31,204 bases of DNA from positions 1 to 31,204 of the forward strand of contig CAZJVM010000031.1 in assembly GCA_964549305.1 (NCBI GenBank), in the 5' to 3' direction. The notes beneath the pieces are model-generated. The model searched no databases, was not told the DNA's origin, and saw only the letters and a list, made by a program, of their open reading frames with translations. This document shows, piece after piece, positions 17,079 to 27,688 of this stretch. Position numbers and translations under genes: made by a program. The DNA comes from an uncultured bacterium. Its GTDB lineage: Bacteria; Schekmanbacteria; GWA2-38-11; J061. Position 1 is the first letter of the stretch, and the number at the start of each line of letters is the position of its first letter.

Positions 17079-18016
17079 TAAAGGCGCTCTCCTATTATTT
17101 TAATTTCCGGCTGCAATATTATTCCCTTCCTGTTGTGAACTTCATCTCTTACGCGCCGCATTAATTCCAGAATATCTCCCGATGAGGCGTTTCCCTCATT
17201 GATTATGAAATTCGCGTGCTTCTCTGATACTATCGCGTCTCCCACTCTCATTCCCCTGAGCCCGCATTCATCGATAAGTTTTCCCGCAGAAACATGGGAA
17301 ATATTTTTAAATACCGAACCCGCGGAAAGGGAAGCAGTGGGCTGGGACAACGTTCTCTTTTCCCTGTATTCTTCCATTTTCTTTTTCATTGACTGCGCGT
17401 CGGCGAGATGAAGTTTCAGAGTGACTTCGCTGATTATCGCGCCCTCTTCAATCTCCGCGTATCTGTAACCGCTTGTGATTTGACTACCATCTGCCTCTTT
17501 TTCTTTTGCGTCCGCGGAAACAATCCTCACCTTTTCCAGAAAGTCTGAAACAGAATGTCCGAATGCGCCCGCGTTTCCTTTAACTGCACCTGCCGCGGTA
17601 CCGGGAATTCCCATTGCCCATTCAATGCCCCCTATCGCTTTCTCCGCGCAAAAACTCACTATTGCGGGAAGGAAAGCGCCTGCCTGCGCGATAATAAAAA
17701 TATCTCCGGATTTCCCCTCTTCCGCGCGAAAACGATTCATCTTTTCCGCAAGGTTTATAACTACTCCCTTGAAACCATTGTCCGAAAAAAGAATATTCGA
17801 ACCTCTGCCAATGGGAAGATATTCCAAACCCCACGCGGCACAGAGCTTTATCACGCTTTTTATCTCATCAATATTCCCGGGAAAAACCATTATGGACACA
17901 GGTCCGCCCGTTTTGAGCGTTGTAAACTCCGACGCTTTCACGTTAAAGAGCGCCTTTTCTCCGAAGGTCTCCGAAAAATTCTTATAGAAATCTTTTTCAG
18001 CCAAGTTCACACTCAT
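17078..18016 (-). CDS. murB: UDP-N-acetylenolpyruvoylglucosamine reductase
   Basis: T.KTGGP, GRGSNIL, GIPGT, NAGA, SAGSVFKN, VSEKHANF and LQPEI motifs. Confidence 0.96.
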   Translation of the reverse strand: MSVNLAEKDFYKNFSETFGEKALFNVKASEFTTLKTGGPVSIMVFPGNIDEIKSVIKLCAAWGLEYLPIGRGSNILFSDNGFKGVVINLAEKMNRFRAEEGKSGDIFIIAQAGAFLPAIVSFCAEKAIGGIEWAMGIPGTAAGAVKGNAGAFGHSVSDFLEKVRIVSADAKEKEADGSQITSGYRYAEIEEGAIISEVTLKLHLADAQSMKKKMEEYREKRTLSQPTASLSAGSVFKNISHVSAGKLIDECGLRGMRVGDAIVSEKHANFIINEGNASSGDILELMRRVRDEVHNRKGIILQPEIKIIGERL

Positions 18017-19377
18017 TTTCTTTTTAAAAATTCCTCTCCCACCTCATAGACGTTGCCCGCGCCAAGAGTAATAAGCAAATCGCCCTTCCCCAGTACTTTG
18101 GAAAAATAGGAAATAATTTTTTTCCTGTCCCCCATATATGAAACATCTTTATGCCCGTGCCTCCTGATTCCTTCCGCAATCTTCCCGGCATCGATTCCTT
18201 CAATGGGAGTCTCCCCCGCGGGATAAATGTCCGTTACGGCAAGTATGTCGCAATCATAGAATGACTTGAAAAACTCATCTAACAGAAGCTTTGTCCTCGA
18301 ATAGCGATGAGGCTGAAATATCACTCCTATTTTCCCCTTCCACATCCGTCTTGCCGCGGACAGCGTTGCCCTTATCTCGCTGGGATGATGACCGTAATCA
18401 TCCACTACGGTAATTTTTCTCCACTCGCCTTTTTTCTGAAACCTTCTTTCGATACCCTCAAAATGCTCAACGGCGCTGATTATCTTTTTCAAAGGTATCT
18501 CAAGCTCGAGCCCAACTGCTATTGCCGCGAGAGAATTGAGGATGTTATGTTTTCCGGAAAGATTAATCCTTACAGTGGCAATTTCTTCACGTTTGCCGAA
18601 TAATTTAAAAACCGAAGAAAAATCGCTGATATCAATCACTTCGGCGCTGTAGTCCGCCTGTGAATTAAATCCGTATGTAATAATTCTCTTTTCAATCTTC
18701 GGAAGTATCTCCTGAATATTTTCATCATCGGTGCAAATTACGCTTGTGCCGTAAAAGGGCGCCTTGTTGAGAAACTCCACAAAGCTCTCTTTGAGCTTTT
18801 CTTCACTGCCGTAATAATCGAGATGTTCTCTGTCTATGTTGGTTACCACAGCAATCGAAGGGCTGACTCTGAGAAAAGTCCCGTCGCTTTCATCAGTTTC
18901 GGCAACGATAAACTCCCCCTGTCCAAGCTTCGCGTTAGTGCCGCTGCTTATGAGCTTTCCTCCGATTATTGCCGTGGGGTCCTTGTCTCCCTTTGAAAGT
19001 ATTGCCGTAATCAGGGAAGTGGTGGTGGTTTTCCCGTGGGAACCGGAAACGGCAATGCTGTATTTCATTCTCATAAGCTCCGCGAGCATCTCCGCTCTTC
19101 TTAATAGCGTAATCTGCTTCTCCTTCGCTCCGATAACCTCGGGATTGTCTTCCTTTACTGCCGAACTCATAACGACAACATCCGCCCCTTCCACATTTTC
19201 TCCATTGTGCTTTATAAATATTTTTGCTCCGAGCTTTTTCAATCTGTCCGTTACGGCGCTCTTTTTCAAATCAGAGCCGGAAATGGTATATCCGAGATTA
19301 ATGAGCAACTCGGCAATACCGCTCATTCCGATGCCTCCGATTCCTATGAAGTGTATTTTTAGATTTTTTCTGTACAT
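18013..19377 (-). CDS. murC: UDP-N-acetylmuramate--L-alanine ligase
   Basis: IHFIGIGGIGMSGIA, GSHGKTTT, E.DESD, DDYGHHP.E and FQPHRYSRT motifs. Confidence 0.98.
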   Translation of the reverse strand: MYRKNLKIHFIGIGGIGMSGIAELLINLGYTISGSDLKKSAVTDRLKKLGAKIFIKHNGENVEGADVVVMSSAVKEDNPEVIGAKEKQITLLRRAEMLAELMRMKYSIAVSGSHGKTTTTSLITAILSKGDKDPTAIIGGKLISSGTNAKLGQGEFIVAETDESDGTFLRVSPSIAVVTNIDREHLDYYGSEEKLKESFVEFLNKAPFYGTSVICTDDENIQEILPKIEKRIITYGFNSQADYSAEVIDISDFSSVFKLFGKREEIATVRINLSGKHNILNSLAAIAVGLELEIPLKKIISAVEHFEGIERRFQKKGEWRKITVVDDYGHHPSEIRATLSAARRMWKGKIGVIFQPHRYSRTKLLLDEFFKSFYDCDILAVTDIYPAGETPIEGIDAGKIAEGIRRHGHKDVSYMGDRKKIISYFSKVLGKGDLLITLGAGNVYEVGEEFLKRK

Positions 19378-19390
19378 TAATCCGCCATTT

Positions 19391-20494
19391 CTAAATTAAA
19401 CTTTCGCAGTACGTTACAATATCCCGCGAAGCATTAGGTTTATTCAGTCTCATCGCATTTCGGGACATCTCCTCCATTTTTTCCCTGTCGTGCGTTATCA
19501 CTCCTATTTTCGCGGCAATTTTTTCGGGACTCGCCTCGCTCTCCCTCATCATTACCGCCGCTCCCTCAGTCTCCATATACCGCCCGTTATGCTCCTGATG
19601 ATTGTTCGTGGCAAAAGGAAAGGGAATTAACATCGAGGGCTTTCCGCAAGCGCATATTTCGCTCAGTGTGGCAGCGCCCGCGCGGGATATAACGAAATCC
19701 GCCGCGCCGTAAGCGTCGGACATATTGTTTAAAAAGGGCTCTATGACGACTTCCAGCCCTTTATCGCCATAGCTCTTTTTAACAGCGTCAAAATCCCTTT
19801 CACCTGTCTGATGAATGACCTGAAATTTTCTGCCTTCTTTCTTTAACAGAGAGAATGCCGAAGGCATAAGCTCGTTCAAACTGCGGGCGCCCTGGCTTCC
19901 GCCAAATACGAGGAATGTGAATAGGTCGCTCTTCAAACCCCACTTTTCCAATGCCGTTTCCTTTCCCGTGAGTGATAGATTTTTCCTTACGGGATTGCCG
20001 CAACAAAAGGTTTTTCCCGACGGAAAATACTTTTCAGAGCCCTTGAAATTGAGAGCCACATAGCGCGCGAATCCGGAAAGTATTTTGTTTGTCGCTCCCG
20101 GATAAAGATTCTGCTCGAGAATCACCGAAGGCACACCCGTCATCCACGCCGATACTATTGCCGGGCCGGAGCTGTAACCGCCCACTCCAACTGCTACATG
20201 GGGTCTGAAATTCCTCACTATTTTCAGCGCGCCGAAAAGACTGCCCGGTACTTTTGCCATTCCCTTAATCATTTGCGATATATTCTTTCCTTTTATTCCC
20301 AGAGAATCTATCAGTCTGTAATCTATTCCACATTGCGGAAGAATTTTTGATTCCATCCCGCTTTTTGCTCCCACGAAAAGCACTTTCGCTCCTTTCCATC
20401 TTTTTTGCATTTCCTCGGCAATCGCAATTCCCGCAAAAATATGTCCTCCCGTACCTCCTCCCGCTATGAGCGCTCTTATCTTATTTTCCGGCAT
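19391..20494 (-). CDS. murG: Lipid II GlcNAc transferase MurG
   Basis: AGGGTGGH, GGY.S.P, EQN..PG..N, GNPVR, GGSQGA, SRAGA.T..E and HQ..N motifs. Confidence 0.98.
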   Translation of the reverse strand: MPENKIRALIAGGGTGGHIFAGIAIAEEMQKRWKGAKVLFVGAKSGMESKILPQCGIDYRLIDSLGIKGKNISQMIKGMAKVPGSLFGALKIVRNFRPHVAVGVGGYSSGPAIVSAWMTGVPSVILEQNLYPGATNKILSGFARYVALNFKGSEKYFPSGKTFCCGNPVRKNLSLTGKETALEKWGLKSDLFTFLVFGGSQGARSLNELMPSAFSLLKKEGRKFQVIHQTGERDFDAVKKSYGDKGLEVVIEPFLNNMSDAYGAADFVISRAGAATLSEICACGKPSMLIPFPFATNNHQEHNGRYMETEGAAVMMRESEASPEKIAAKIGVITHDREKMEEMSRNAMRLNKPNASRDIVTYCESLI

Positions 20495-21584
20495 GTTCAG
20501 AAATATTAAGAATTACACCGGTTAAAAACATCGTGGTAATCATCGAAGACCCGCCAAAACTGATAAAAGGAAGAGGTATTCCTTTAGTGGGAAGCATACC
20601 CAGACTAACGGCAATATTGATAAGCCCCTGAATTCCTATAACAGAAACTATCCCCACGCAAAGAAGGAGTCCAAACATATCATTTGTATTCATTGCAACT
20701 TTAAATCCCCTGTATATAAAAATGAAAAATAAGGTAACCACCGTAAGCACACCGACCAGTCCGATTTCCTCCCCGATTACGGAAAGAATAAAATCATTAT
20801 AGGGAGCCGGCAGATAAAAGAGTTTTCCCCTGCCTTCACCAAACCCCAGACCGAAGATTCCTCCTCTGCCGAAAGCGTACATAGATTGTATGATTTGAAA
20901 TCCCGAGCTGAGAGGATTTTCCCAGGGGTTTAAAAAGGTGGTAATCCTTTTCAACCTGTAGGGCTCGCTTACAATGGCAATAATTGCGGCAGGCACCACA
21001 ACAGCAAACGCGCCAATGAGATATTTATAGCTCATTCCGCCTATAAAGAGCAGAATCACAATGACAGTGATGATGGTCATTACCGTACCAAAATCAGGTT
21101 GTTTCATGAGCATAAGAATGAATATGCCGACTACTATCGAGAGTGGCAGAATACCTTTCATAAAATCGTTTATTTTCTCCCTCTTTTTTGAAATATAGCC
21201 TGCCACATAAAGAATCAGAGAAAACTTCATCAATTCCGACGGCTGAAACTGAAGTGAGCTTATACGTATCCAGCGCATCGCCCCGTTTTTGGAAATCCCC
21301 AGAGGCGGGATAAAAACGAGAATGAGCAAAGCGAGAGAAACACCGAGAAAGAGAACGGAAAACCTCCTGTATTTATTGTAATCAAAATACATTGCAAAAA
21401 TCATCAATACCAATCCTATTGCAAAAGCTAAAAGCTGTTTTTTTAAAAAGAAATAATGACTGGAATATTCCTCCAGCGAAATGATGGCGCTTGCGCTGTA
21501 CACCATTATTATCCCTATCCCCGAAAGAAGAAGGGCAGTCAAAAGTATCAGCTTATCGGAATTACCTTTCTGAGAGACTTCCAT
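20481..21584 (-). CDS. ftsW: SEDS peptidoglycan glycosyltransferase FtsW
   Basis: Polytopic membrane protein with MVYSAS, GA.RW, QPSE..K, QPDFG, LP....DFI....EE.G and PTKG.PLPFIS.GGSS. Confidence 0.97.
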   Translation of the reverse strand: MEVSQKGNSDKLILLTALLLSGIGIIMVYSASAIISLEEYSSHYFFLKKQLLAFAIGLVLMIFAMYFDYNKYRRFSVLFLGVSLALLILVFIPPLGISKNGAMRWIRISSLQFQPSELMKFSLILYVAGYISKKREKINDFMKGILPLSIVVGIFILMLMKQPDFGTVMTIITVIVILLFIGGMSYKYLIGAFAVVVPAAIIAIVSEPYRLKRITTFLNPWENPLSSGFQIIQSMYAFGRGGIFGLGFGEGRGKLFYLPAPYNDFILSVIGEEIGLVGVLTVVTLFFIFIYRGFKVAMNTNDMFGLLLCVGIVSVIGIQGLINIAVSLGMLPTKGIPLPFISFGGSSMITTMFLTGVILNISEHAGK

Positions 21585-22917
21585 TCAATTCCCTTACATA
21601 TTTTTTAAATTCGTCACCCCTGTGCTCAAAGGACTCAAACATATCAAAGCTTGCGCATCCCGGAGAAAGAAGCACTACATCCCCCTCTTCCGCGTTATCG
21701 AATGCGAGCGCGACAGCATCCTTCAAAGTTTCCCCCTTCACTACGGAAACAATATCTCCGAAGGCATTTTCTATCTTTTCACCTGCCTCGCCGATAACGA
21801 TGACAAGGCGCACTCCGGCGGAAATTTCCTCTCTCAATATTGAAAATTTTCCTTCCTTGTCCCTGCCTCCCGCGATGAGCACAATTTTTTCTGAAAAGCT
21901 TTCCAATGCCCTTTTAAGCGCGTCCACATTCGTGGCTTTGGAATCGTTTATGAAGCGTATCCCATTTATTTCGCCCGCATCCTCCATTCTGTGCGCCGGA
22001 GGAACAAAATTTCCAAGCACCTGCGCTATGCTTTCCTTATTAACCTTGCAGGCCATAGCGCAACACACTGCCGCAAGGATATTTTCAATATTGTGCGCAC
22101 CTTTCATCTTTATCTCATTCAGGGGAATTATCTCCGTTTCCTGCGTACCGTATCTGAAGAAGATGCTGTCCAATTTCACATATGCCCCTTTTGCAACGGC
22201 GTTTACACGGCTATATACAAATGTTTCCCCGCCCAGTTTTGGAAGATTTTCCTTTATGAGTGGGTCGTCGGCGTTAATCACGGCAAAATCACCGCTATCC
22301 TGATTTTCAAAAATCCTCGCCTTAGTCCCGAAATATTCTTCAATGGAATCATAGCGGTTGAGATGGTCGGGAGTGACATTGAGAAGAATCGAAACAAAGG
22401 GCTTGAATCTTTTAATGAGTTCAAGCTGAAAACTCGACACTTCACAAACGGCAAAATCAACGCCCCGTTGCCCGAGAGCAATATCCGAAAGAGGAGTTCC
22501 TATGTTTCCCGCTTCAACTGCGTTCATCCCGCCTTCACGGAGAATCGCGGCAATCAGTTTTGTAACGGTAGTCTTGCCGTTAGTCCCTGTAACGGCGATA
22601 ACAGGTATATTGAGATTATTTGCGGCAAACTCGATTTCGCTCACTACATCTTTACCCCTATCCCTGGCTGTTTTTACAAAATCGCCTTTAAATGAAATTC
22701 CCGGAGAAACGACAACTTTCGAAACTTCATCGATTAATTCCATTCCGTCGCTCTCATATGAAATTTTAATATCCCCGGAAAGTGTCCCTATGGAATCCTC
22801 TGCGTCAGCGCGCTTTTTACCGTCAAAGGCGAAGACTTCCATACCACGGGAAAGGGCAAGTTTTGCCGCCGATATACCGCTTTTCCCCAAACCCGCTATC
22901 AACACTTTCTCCTCCAT
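21562..22917 (-). CDS. murD: UDP-N-acetylmuramoyl-L-alanine--D-glutamate ligase
   Basis: GLGKSG, VVSPG, TGTNGKTT, GNIG.P, EVSSFQL, DHL.RY, NDSKATN and LSPGCASFD.F motifs. Confidence 0.98.
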   Translation of the reverse strand: MEEKVLIAGLGKSGISAAKLALSRGMEVFAFDGKKRADAEDSIGTLSGDIKISYESDGMELIDEVSKVVVSPGISFKGDFVKTARDRGKDVVSEIEFAANNLNIPVIAVTGTNGKTTVTKLIAAILREGGMNAVEAGNIGTPLSDIALGQRGVDFAVCEVSSFQLELIKRFKPFVSILLNVTPDHLNRYDSIEEYFGTKARIFENQDSGDFAVINADDPLIKENLPKLGGETFVYSRVNAVAKGAYVKLDSIFFRYGTQETEIIPLNEIKMKGAHNIENILAAVCCAMACKVNKESIAQVLGNFVPPAHRMEDAGEINGIRFINDSKATNVDALKRALESFSEKIVLIAGGRDKEGKFSILREEISAGVRLVIVIGEAGEKIENAFGDIVSVVKGETLKDAVALAFDNAEEGDVVLLSPGCASFDMFESFEHRGDEFKKYVRELNGSLSER

Positions 22918-22927
22918 AAGATTTTTA

Positions 22928-24340
22928 TTATTTCCCTTCGCAGTGACTCTCCAGAATCACCTCTATCGCCCTTTCGAGATGAATCATCCTCGACCCTTTT
23001 ACCAATACGGCGTCTCCGTCTTTCAACACTCGCGCAAGGGCAATCCCCGCGTCACGGGAATCGGAAAATGAACGAACATTTTCCTTCGCGATGCCACCCT
23101 TAAGGGCTTCAACTGCGGCAAGTCTCGAATTCTCTCCCACCGTAAAGAGGCAGTCTATTCCCTTTTCAGCGCATAGCTTTCCGATTTCGCGATGAGACTC
23201 ATCGGAGTATTTCCCCAATTCGAGCATATCTCCCATTACAACCGCTTTCATTCCCCCGCATTCCAACGCTTCAAAAAACTCGATGGCTCTTCTGAAGGAA
23301 TTGGGATTGGCGTTATATGAGTCATCTACGAGAATAATTCCCGATTGCAGTTTCTTCACTGAAAGGCGCCCGGAAAGCGCGGTGGCAGAAGCTACGCCTT
23401 TTTCGATTTCTTTCTCTGACACATTCTGAGAAATCGCGCACGCTATGGCGCCAAGGCAGTTGACGGCATTATGCATACCGGGAATATTGAGATTCACTCT
23501 TCCTTTTGCCTTCAGACCCTCATAGGAAAAAGATGTGCTTTGCGCACCGGTTTCAATATCAAACATTCTCACATGGCAATTTTTACCTGCGCCGAAAAAA
23601 ACCGCTCTTTTGCAATGTTTTTTTACTTCTCCGGCGAGAATCTCGTCATCACCGTTGCAGAACACCGTACCTCCGGCATTCTCAACGAAAAGGGCAAGCG
23701 CCGCCTTTTCCTTCGCTATCTCTTCCAGTCCGGAAAAATTCTCGGAATGTGAAAGCGCCACATTCGTCAATATTGCGTCAGAGGGAGACGCAATCGAACA
23801 AAGTCTTTCAATCTCTCCCCTGAAACTCATACCCATTTCAAGCACCGCAAATTCGCATCCATAGTCAAGATTCAAAAGACTCAAAGGAAGTCCCACGAGA
23901 TTGTTAAAATTTCCCGGAGTCCTGATAGTTTTTCCCGCCAGGGAAAGTATGGAGTAGAGAATTTCCTTAGTGGTTGATTTTCCGTTGCTTCCCGTAATCG
24001 CGATGACTTTCGGGTTAATTTTTTCTCTGTAAAAAGAAGCGACTTTCTGCAGTGCTCCGAGAGCATCTTCAGATTCAAGGAGAGTTACATCGAGTCCCGG
24101 AGAAAGACCCTTGAGCGCCCTTTCGCGATCAGAGAAAAGCGCGCCCGACGCGCCGTTTTTAATTGCCCCCGGAACGAAATCATTGCCGTCAAACTTTTCC
24201 CCTTTTACGGCGAAGAAGATTTCATTCTTTTTACAGCTTCTCGAATCTATGGAAATTCCCGAAAATGTATTCACATTCCCTTCCCTTATTATCCTTGCGC
24301 CTGTAGCTTCCAAAATTTCATCGATTGAATATTCCTTCAA
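22928..24340 (-). CDS. murF: UDP-N-acetylmuramoyl-tripeptide--D-alanyl-D-alanine ligase
   Basis: IDSR, ITGSNGKSTTKE, NFNN.VG.P, EMGMS..GEI, DDSYNANP, GDMLELG and LVKGSR; TTG start overlaps the murE stop. Confidence 0.97.
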   Translation of the reverse strand: MKEYSIDEILEATGARIIREGNVNTFSGISIDSRSCKKNEIFFAVKGEKFDGNDFVPGAIKNGASGALFSDRERALKGLSPGLDVTLLESEDALGALQKVASFYREKINPKVIAITGSNGKSTTKEILYSILSLAGKTIRTPGNFNNLVGLPLSLLNLDYGCEFAVLEMGMSFRGEIERLCSIASPSDAILTNVALSHSENFSGLEEIAKEKAALALFVENAGGTVFCNGDDEILAGEVKKHCKRAVFFGAGKNCHVRMFDIETGAQSTSFSYEGLKAKGRVNLNIPGMHNAVNCLGAIACAISQNVSEKEIEKGVASATALSGRLSVKKLQSGIILVDDSYNANPNSFRRAIEFFEALECGGMKAVVMGDMLELGKYSDESHREIGKLCAEKGIDCLFTVGENSRLAAVEALKGGIAKENVRSFSDSRDAGIALARVLKDGDAVLVKGSRMIHLERAIEVILESHCEGK

Positions 24341-25854
24341 TTGCTGTTTCTGATTCCTTCCAGTATTTTTAAAACTTCTTCCCTGTCATCGAGGCGAAGT
24401 ATCTTCTCGCCGACTATCTGATAATCCTCGTGCCCCTTGCCCGCAATGACAACCGTGTCTCCCGGTTTTGCAGAATTAACAGCAGATTTGATAGCGGTTT
24501 TTCTGTCTTCAATCACTTCCACATTGCTTGAATAGCTTTTATCTATGCCTTTCAAAATATCTTCGATTATGCTTTCGGGATTTTCGTTTCTCGGATTGTC
24601 CGATGTAATAACAACGGAGTCGCTTAACCTCGCGGCAATTTTACCCATCAGAGGTCTTTTGTCCTTATCCCTGTCTCCGCCGCATCCAAAAAGGGTAATC
24701 AATCTCCCGGAACTCATTTTTTTTGCTTCCGTAAGAAGTTTTTCCAGAGCATCGGGCGTATGGGCATAATCTACGATAATATCGAAATCGAAACTGTTTT
24801 CTATTCTCTCAAACCTTCCCGGCACGCGCTGAAGTGCGTCAATGCCTTTTCCTATCAATTTATGGGGGATTTCCAGTTCGGCACACGCGGCAACTGCGGC
24901 AAGAATGTTGTAAAAATTAAATCTTCCGCCAAGAGAAGATGAAAAGTTCACGGCACCTCTCCCCGTGCAGATACTGCCCCTGACTCCGCTTTTAAATGAT
25001 TCGCCAGCAACAAGCTTTACAGACGCTTCCGGTTTGTCATAACTGTATGTAATGACATTGTTTCCAAAATCTTCCGCAAGCCTTCTTCCCCATTCATCAT
25101 CTATATTTACGATTATTTTCGATGAACCGTTTTGGGCAAGATAATCAAAAAAAGTTTTCTTGCACTTGTAGTAGTCCTCCATCGTCCTGTGAAAATCCAT
25201 ATGCTCCCTGCTCAGATTGGTGAATATGCCTATATGGAAACTGCATCCCGCGATTCTATTCAGATGAATGGCGTGAGACGAAACCTCCATTACCGAATGG
25301 CTTACTCCGGCATTTACCATTTCACTCAAATAGCGATTCAGCACAAAGGCATCGGGAGTGGTAAGGGATGAAGGAAATTCCTCATCGGCAATCTTGTAGA
25401 TGATAGTGCCCATAAGTCCCGAGGTTATTCCCGCAGTTTCGAGAATCGAATTTATTATATAAGCGGTTGTAGTTTTCCCGTTTGTCCCCGTTACTCCTAT
25501 CAGTTTCAATTTTCCGGAAGGATTACCGAAATAATTCGAGGAAATAACTCCGAAACTCTCTCTCGTATCGTGAGACTTCAGGAGGAAAACGTTTCCTTTC
25601 GCTTCGGCGGGAATTTTTCCCTCATCAAAATCATTTTGCACAAGAAGGGCGCGCGCGCCTTTTTTAATCACATCGGGGATATAGTCATGCCCGTCCTGCC
25701 TGAACCCCTTTATTGCCGCAAAGAGCGTTCCTTCCTTAACTTGCCTCGAATCAGCGGTGACAAAGCTTATGGTCGGAGATGCACTATCTCCCTCACGGGG
25801 AAAATCGCATTTTGCCCCCCCTGTCAGTTCGCTAAGTGAATATTCTTCTTTCAT
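24337..25854 (-). CDS. murE: UDP-N-acetylmuramoyl-dipeptide--meso-diaminopimelate ligase
   Basis: GVTGTNGKTT, TTP, MEVSSH, PGRFE, VDYAHTPDAL, GCGGDRD..KRP.M, DNPR (DAP-specific) and AGKGHE motifs. Confidence 0.98.
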   Translation of the reverse strand: MKEEYSLSELTGGAKCDFPREGDSASPTISFVTADSRQVKEGTLFAAIKGFRQDGHDYIPDVIKKGARALLVQNDFDEGKIPAEAKGNVFLLKSHDTRESFGVISSNYFGNPSGKLKLIGVTGTNGKTTTAYIINSILETAGITSGLMGTIIYKIADEEFPSSLTTPDAFVLNRYLSEMVNAGVSHSVMEVSSHAIHLNRIAGCSFHIGIFTNLSREHMDFHRTMEDYYKCKKTFFDYLAQNGSSKIIVNIDDEWGRRLAEDFGNNVITYSYDKPEASVKLVAGESFKSGVRGSICTGRGAVNFSSSLGGRFNFYNILAAVAACAELEIPHKLIGKGIDALQRVPGRFERIENSFDFDIIVDYAHTPDALEKLLTEAKKMSSGRLITLFGCGGDRDKDKRPLMGKIAARLSDSVVITSDNPRNENPESIIEDILKGIDKSYSSNVEVIEDRKTAIKSAVNSAKPGDTVVIAGKGHEDYQIVGEKILRLDDREEVLKILEGIRNSN

Positions 25855-25882
25855 ATCAATTGACTTTTATAAAATTGTTCAC

Positions 25883-27658
25883 CTATAAATTTCTTTCCTC
25901 GTTCACGATATTGCTTTCCGTGTTAACAAGGCGCAATTCCCGCGATTTAAAGTGTGGTTTTACGCCAAGGTTAAGAAGCGAGCGTTCGGCTATCTCCCTG
26001 AATATGGGAGCGGAAACTGTTCCTCCGTAATGACTCTCTTCAGGCTCGTTAAGTATCACCGCGATAACGAGTCTCGGCGCCGACGCGGGAACGAACCCTA
26101 TAAAAGATGCATAGTACTTTCCCCTGAGATAACCGCCCGGTCCGGCTTTTTGCGCTGTCCCGGTCTTTCCCGCGACTTCAAATCCGTTGATATGGGCAAG
26201 ATATGCAGTCCCTTCTTCCGAAACAACGGTTTGAAGAATTTCCGTCAATATTCCGGAAGTTGCAGGCGACATTATCCTCCCTATTTTTGACGCGGGAAAA
26301 ACCTCCTTTACCTTGCCGTCCCATCTTTCAACCTGCTCGATAACACGCGGCCTGTAAAGTATTCCGCCGTTGGCAATTGCCGCATATGCCATTGCAAGCT
26401 GAATGGGAGTCACCGCGACTTCCTGTCCTATTGTCACAGACCCCATTGAAACATTTGACCACTCTTTCGTATTACGGAGGATTCCCCGTGCTTCGCCGCG
26501 AAGCTGAATACCTGTTTTGTCCCCGAATCCGAATTTTTTAATATATTCATAGAGCTTTTCTTCCCCCAAAAGCTGGGATATTTTTATGGAACCCACATTG
26601 CTCGATTTGCCAATTACCTCAGTGAAGGAGAGCACATCGTGGAGGTGAGAATCTCTTATGGCTTTTCCTCCCACAACGATATAACCCTGCGAGCAGTCAA
26701 CCTGCGTTTCCGGAGAAACAATTTTTTCCTCAAGTGCGGCAGTTGCAAATACAACCTTGAAAACCGAACCCGGTTCAAAACAGTCGCTTATTGCACGGTT
26801 TCTCCAGGCGGAAACAGGAGACTCGCTCCTCCTGTTAGGATTAAAATCGGGGTAGTTTGCCATTGCAAGGACATCGCCGTTTCGGGGGTCAACCACTATT
26901 GCGATTCCGTTCTTAGCTCTGGCTTCTTTAACACCTTTTTCAAGTTCGCTTTGCGCGATATGCTGAATATTCTTATCGATTGTAAGAACGATATTATCGC
27001 CGTGTGTAACGGGCTTTTCGTAAACAAAAGGGCTTTTCCCCTTCGCGTCATGCTCAGTAATCACTTTTATTCCCGATTTTCCCGCAATATATTTTTCAAA
27101 CTCTTTTTCCGCTCCTTCAAGCCCTTCGTTGTCAATTCCCGTAAAACCGAGCAACTGCGAGGCAAGAGTTCCCTGAGGATAAAATCTCCTGCTCTCTTTA
27201 ATAAAGCCGACTCCTTCGATTTTCATTTTCCTGAGTTTTTCAGATTCTTTCTGAGATATCTGTCTTTTTATCCAGACAAACTTGTTCCTGAGGGAGAGTT
27301 TTTTGGCAACTTTTTCATTGGGAGTGGAAAGAATCCACGAAAGAAGCCCTGAGGTCTTCGGAATATCATTTATTTTTTCAGGTACCGCGTAAACGGAATC
27401 GGCATCCAAGCTTATTGCAAGGGTGTAATGGTTTCTGTCAAAAATAGTGCCCCGTCTCGATTTTATCTCGATTTCTCTTTTTAACTGCCTGGACGCTTTA
27501 CGCGAAAGTTCATCGCTTGTGATAACCTGAAGATAGAAATCCCTCGCCGCAACAGCAAGAAAAACAAGGCAAATTAAAATGAAAACGAATTTCACCCTTT
27601 TTCTTACTTCGCCCAGACCCGAATTTGCTCCCAATGATTCTATGTAATCAAATCGCAT
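25883..27658 (-). CDS. ftsI: Class B penicillin-binding protein FtsI (PBP3), no PASTA domain
   Basis: N-terminal TM helix, RG.I.DRN, R.YP.G, G.EG.E, and transpeptidase motifs SVFK, SSN and KTGT. Confidence 0.96.
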   Translation of the reverse strand: MRFDYIESLGANSGLGEVRKRVKFVFILICLVFLAVAARDFYLQVITSDELSRKASRQLKREIEIKSRRGTIFDRNHYTLAISLDADSVYAVPEKINDIPKTSGLLSWILSTPNEKVAKKLSLRNKFVWIKRQISQKESEKLRKMKIEGVGFIKESRRFYPQGTLASQLLGFTGIDNEGLEGAEKEFEKYIAGKSGIKVITEHDAKGKSPFVYEKPVTHGDNIVLTIDKNIQHIAQSELEKGVKEARAKNGIAIVVDPRNGDVLAMANYPDFNPNRRSESPVSAWRNRAISDCFEPGSVFKVVFATAALEEKIVSPETQVDCSQGYIVVGGKAIRDSHLHDVLSFTEVIGKSSNVGSIKISQLLGEEKLYEYIKKFGFGDKTGIQLRGEARGILRNTKEWSNVSMGSVTIGQEVAVTPIQLAMAYAAIANGGILYRPRVIEQVERWDGKVKEVFPASKIGRIMSPATSGILTEILQTVVSEEGTAYLAHINGFEVAGKTGTAQKAGPGGYLRGKYYASFIGFVPASAPRLVIAVILNEPEESHYGGTVSAPIFREIAERSLLNLGVKPHFKSRELRLVNTESNIVNEERNL

Positions 27659-27688
27659 CAGGTTTATGCGCCCTTTTCCGGTATATTT

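Noticed and set aside
21491..23071. Long + strand ORFs (270, 234 and 189 aa) opposite murD, considered as a hidden mraY replacement
   Set aside because: Ser/Pro/Phe-rich antisense translations with no MraY motifs (e.g. TPTMGG, NLTDGLDG, FMGD, HHH) and no multi-TM pattern.
26639..27352. 237-aa + strand ORF opposite ftsI
   Set aside because: Antisense shadow with no domain features.
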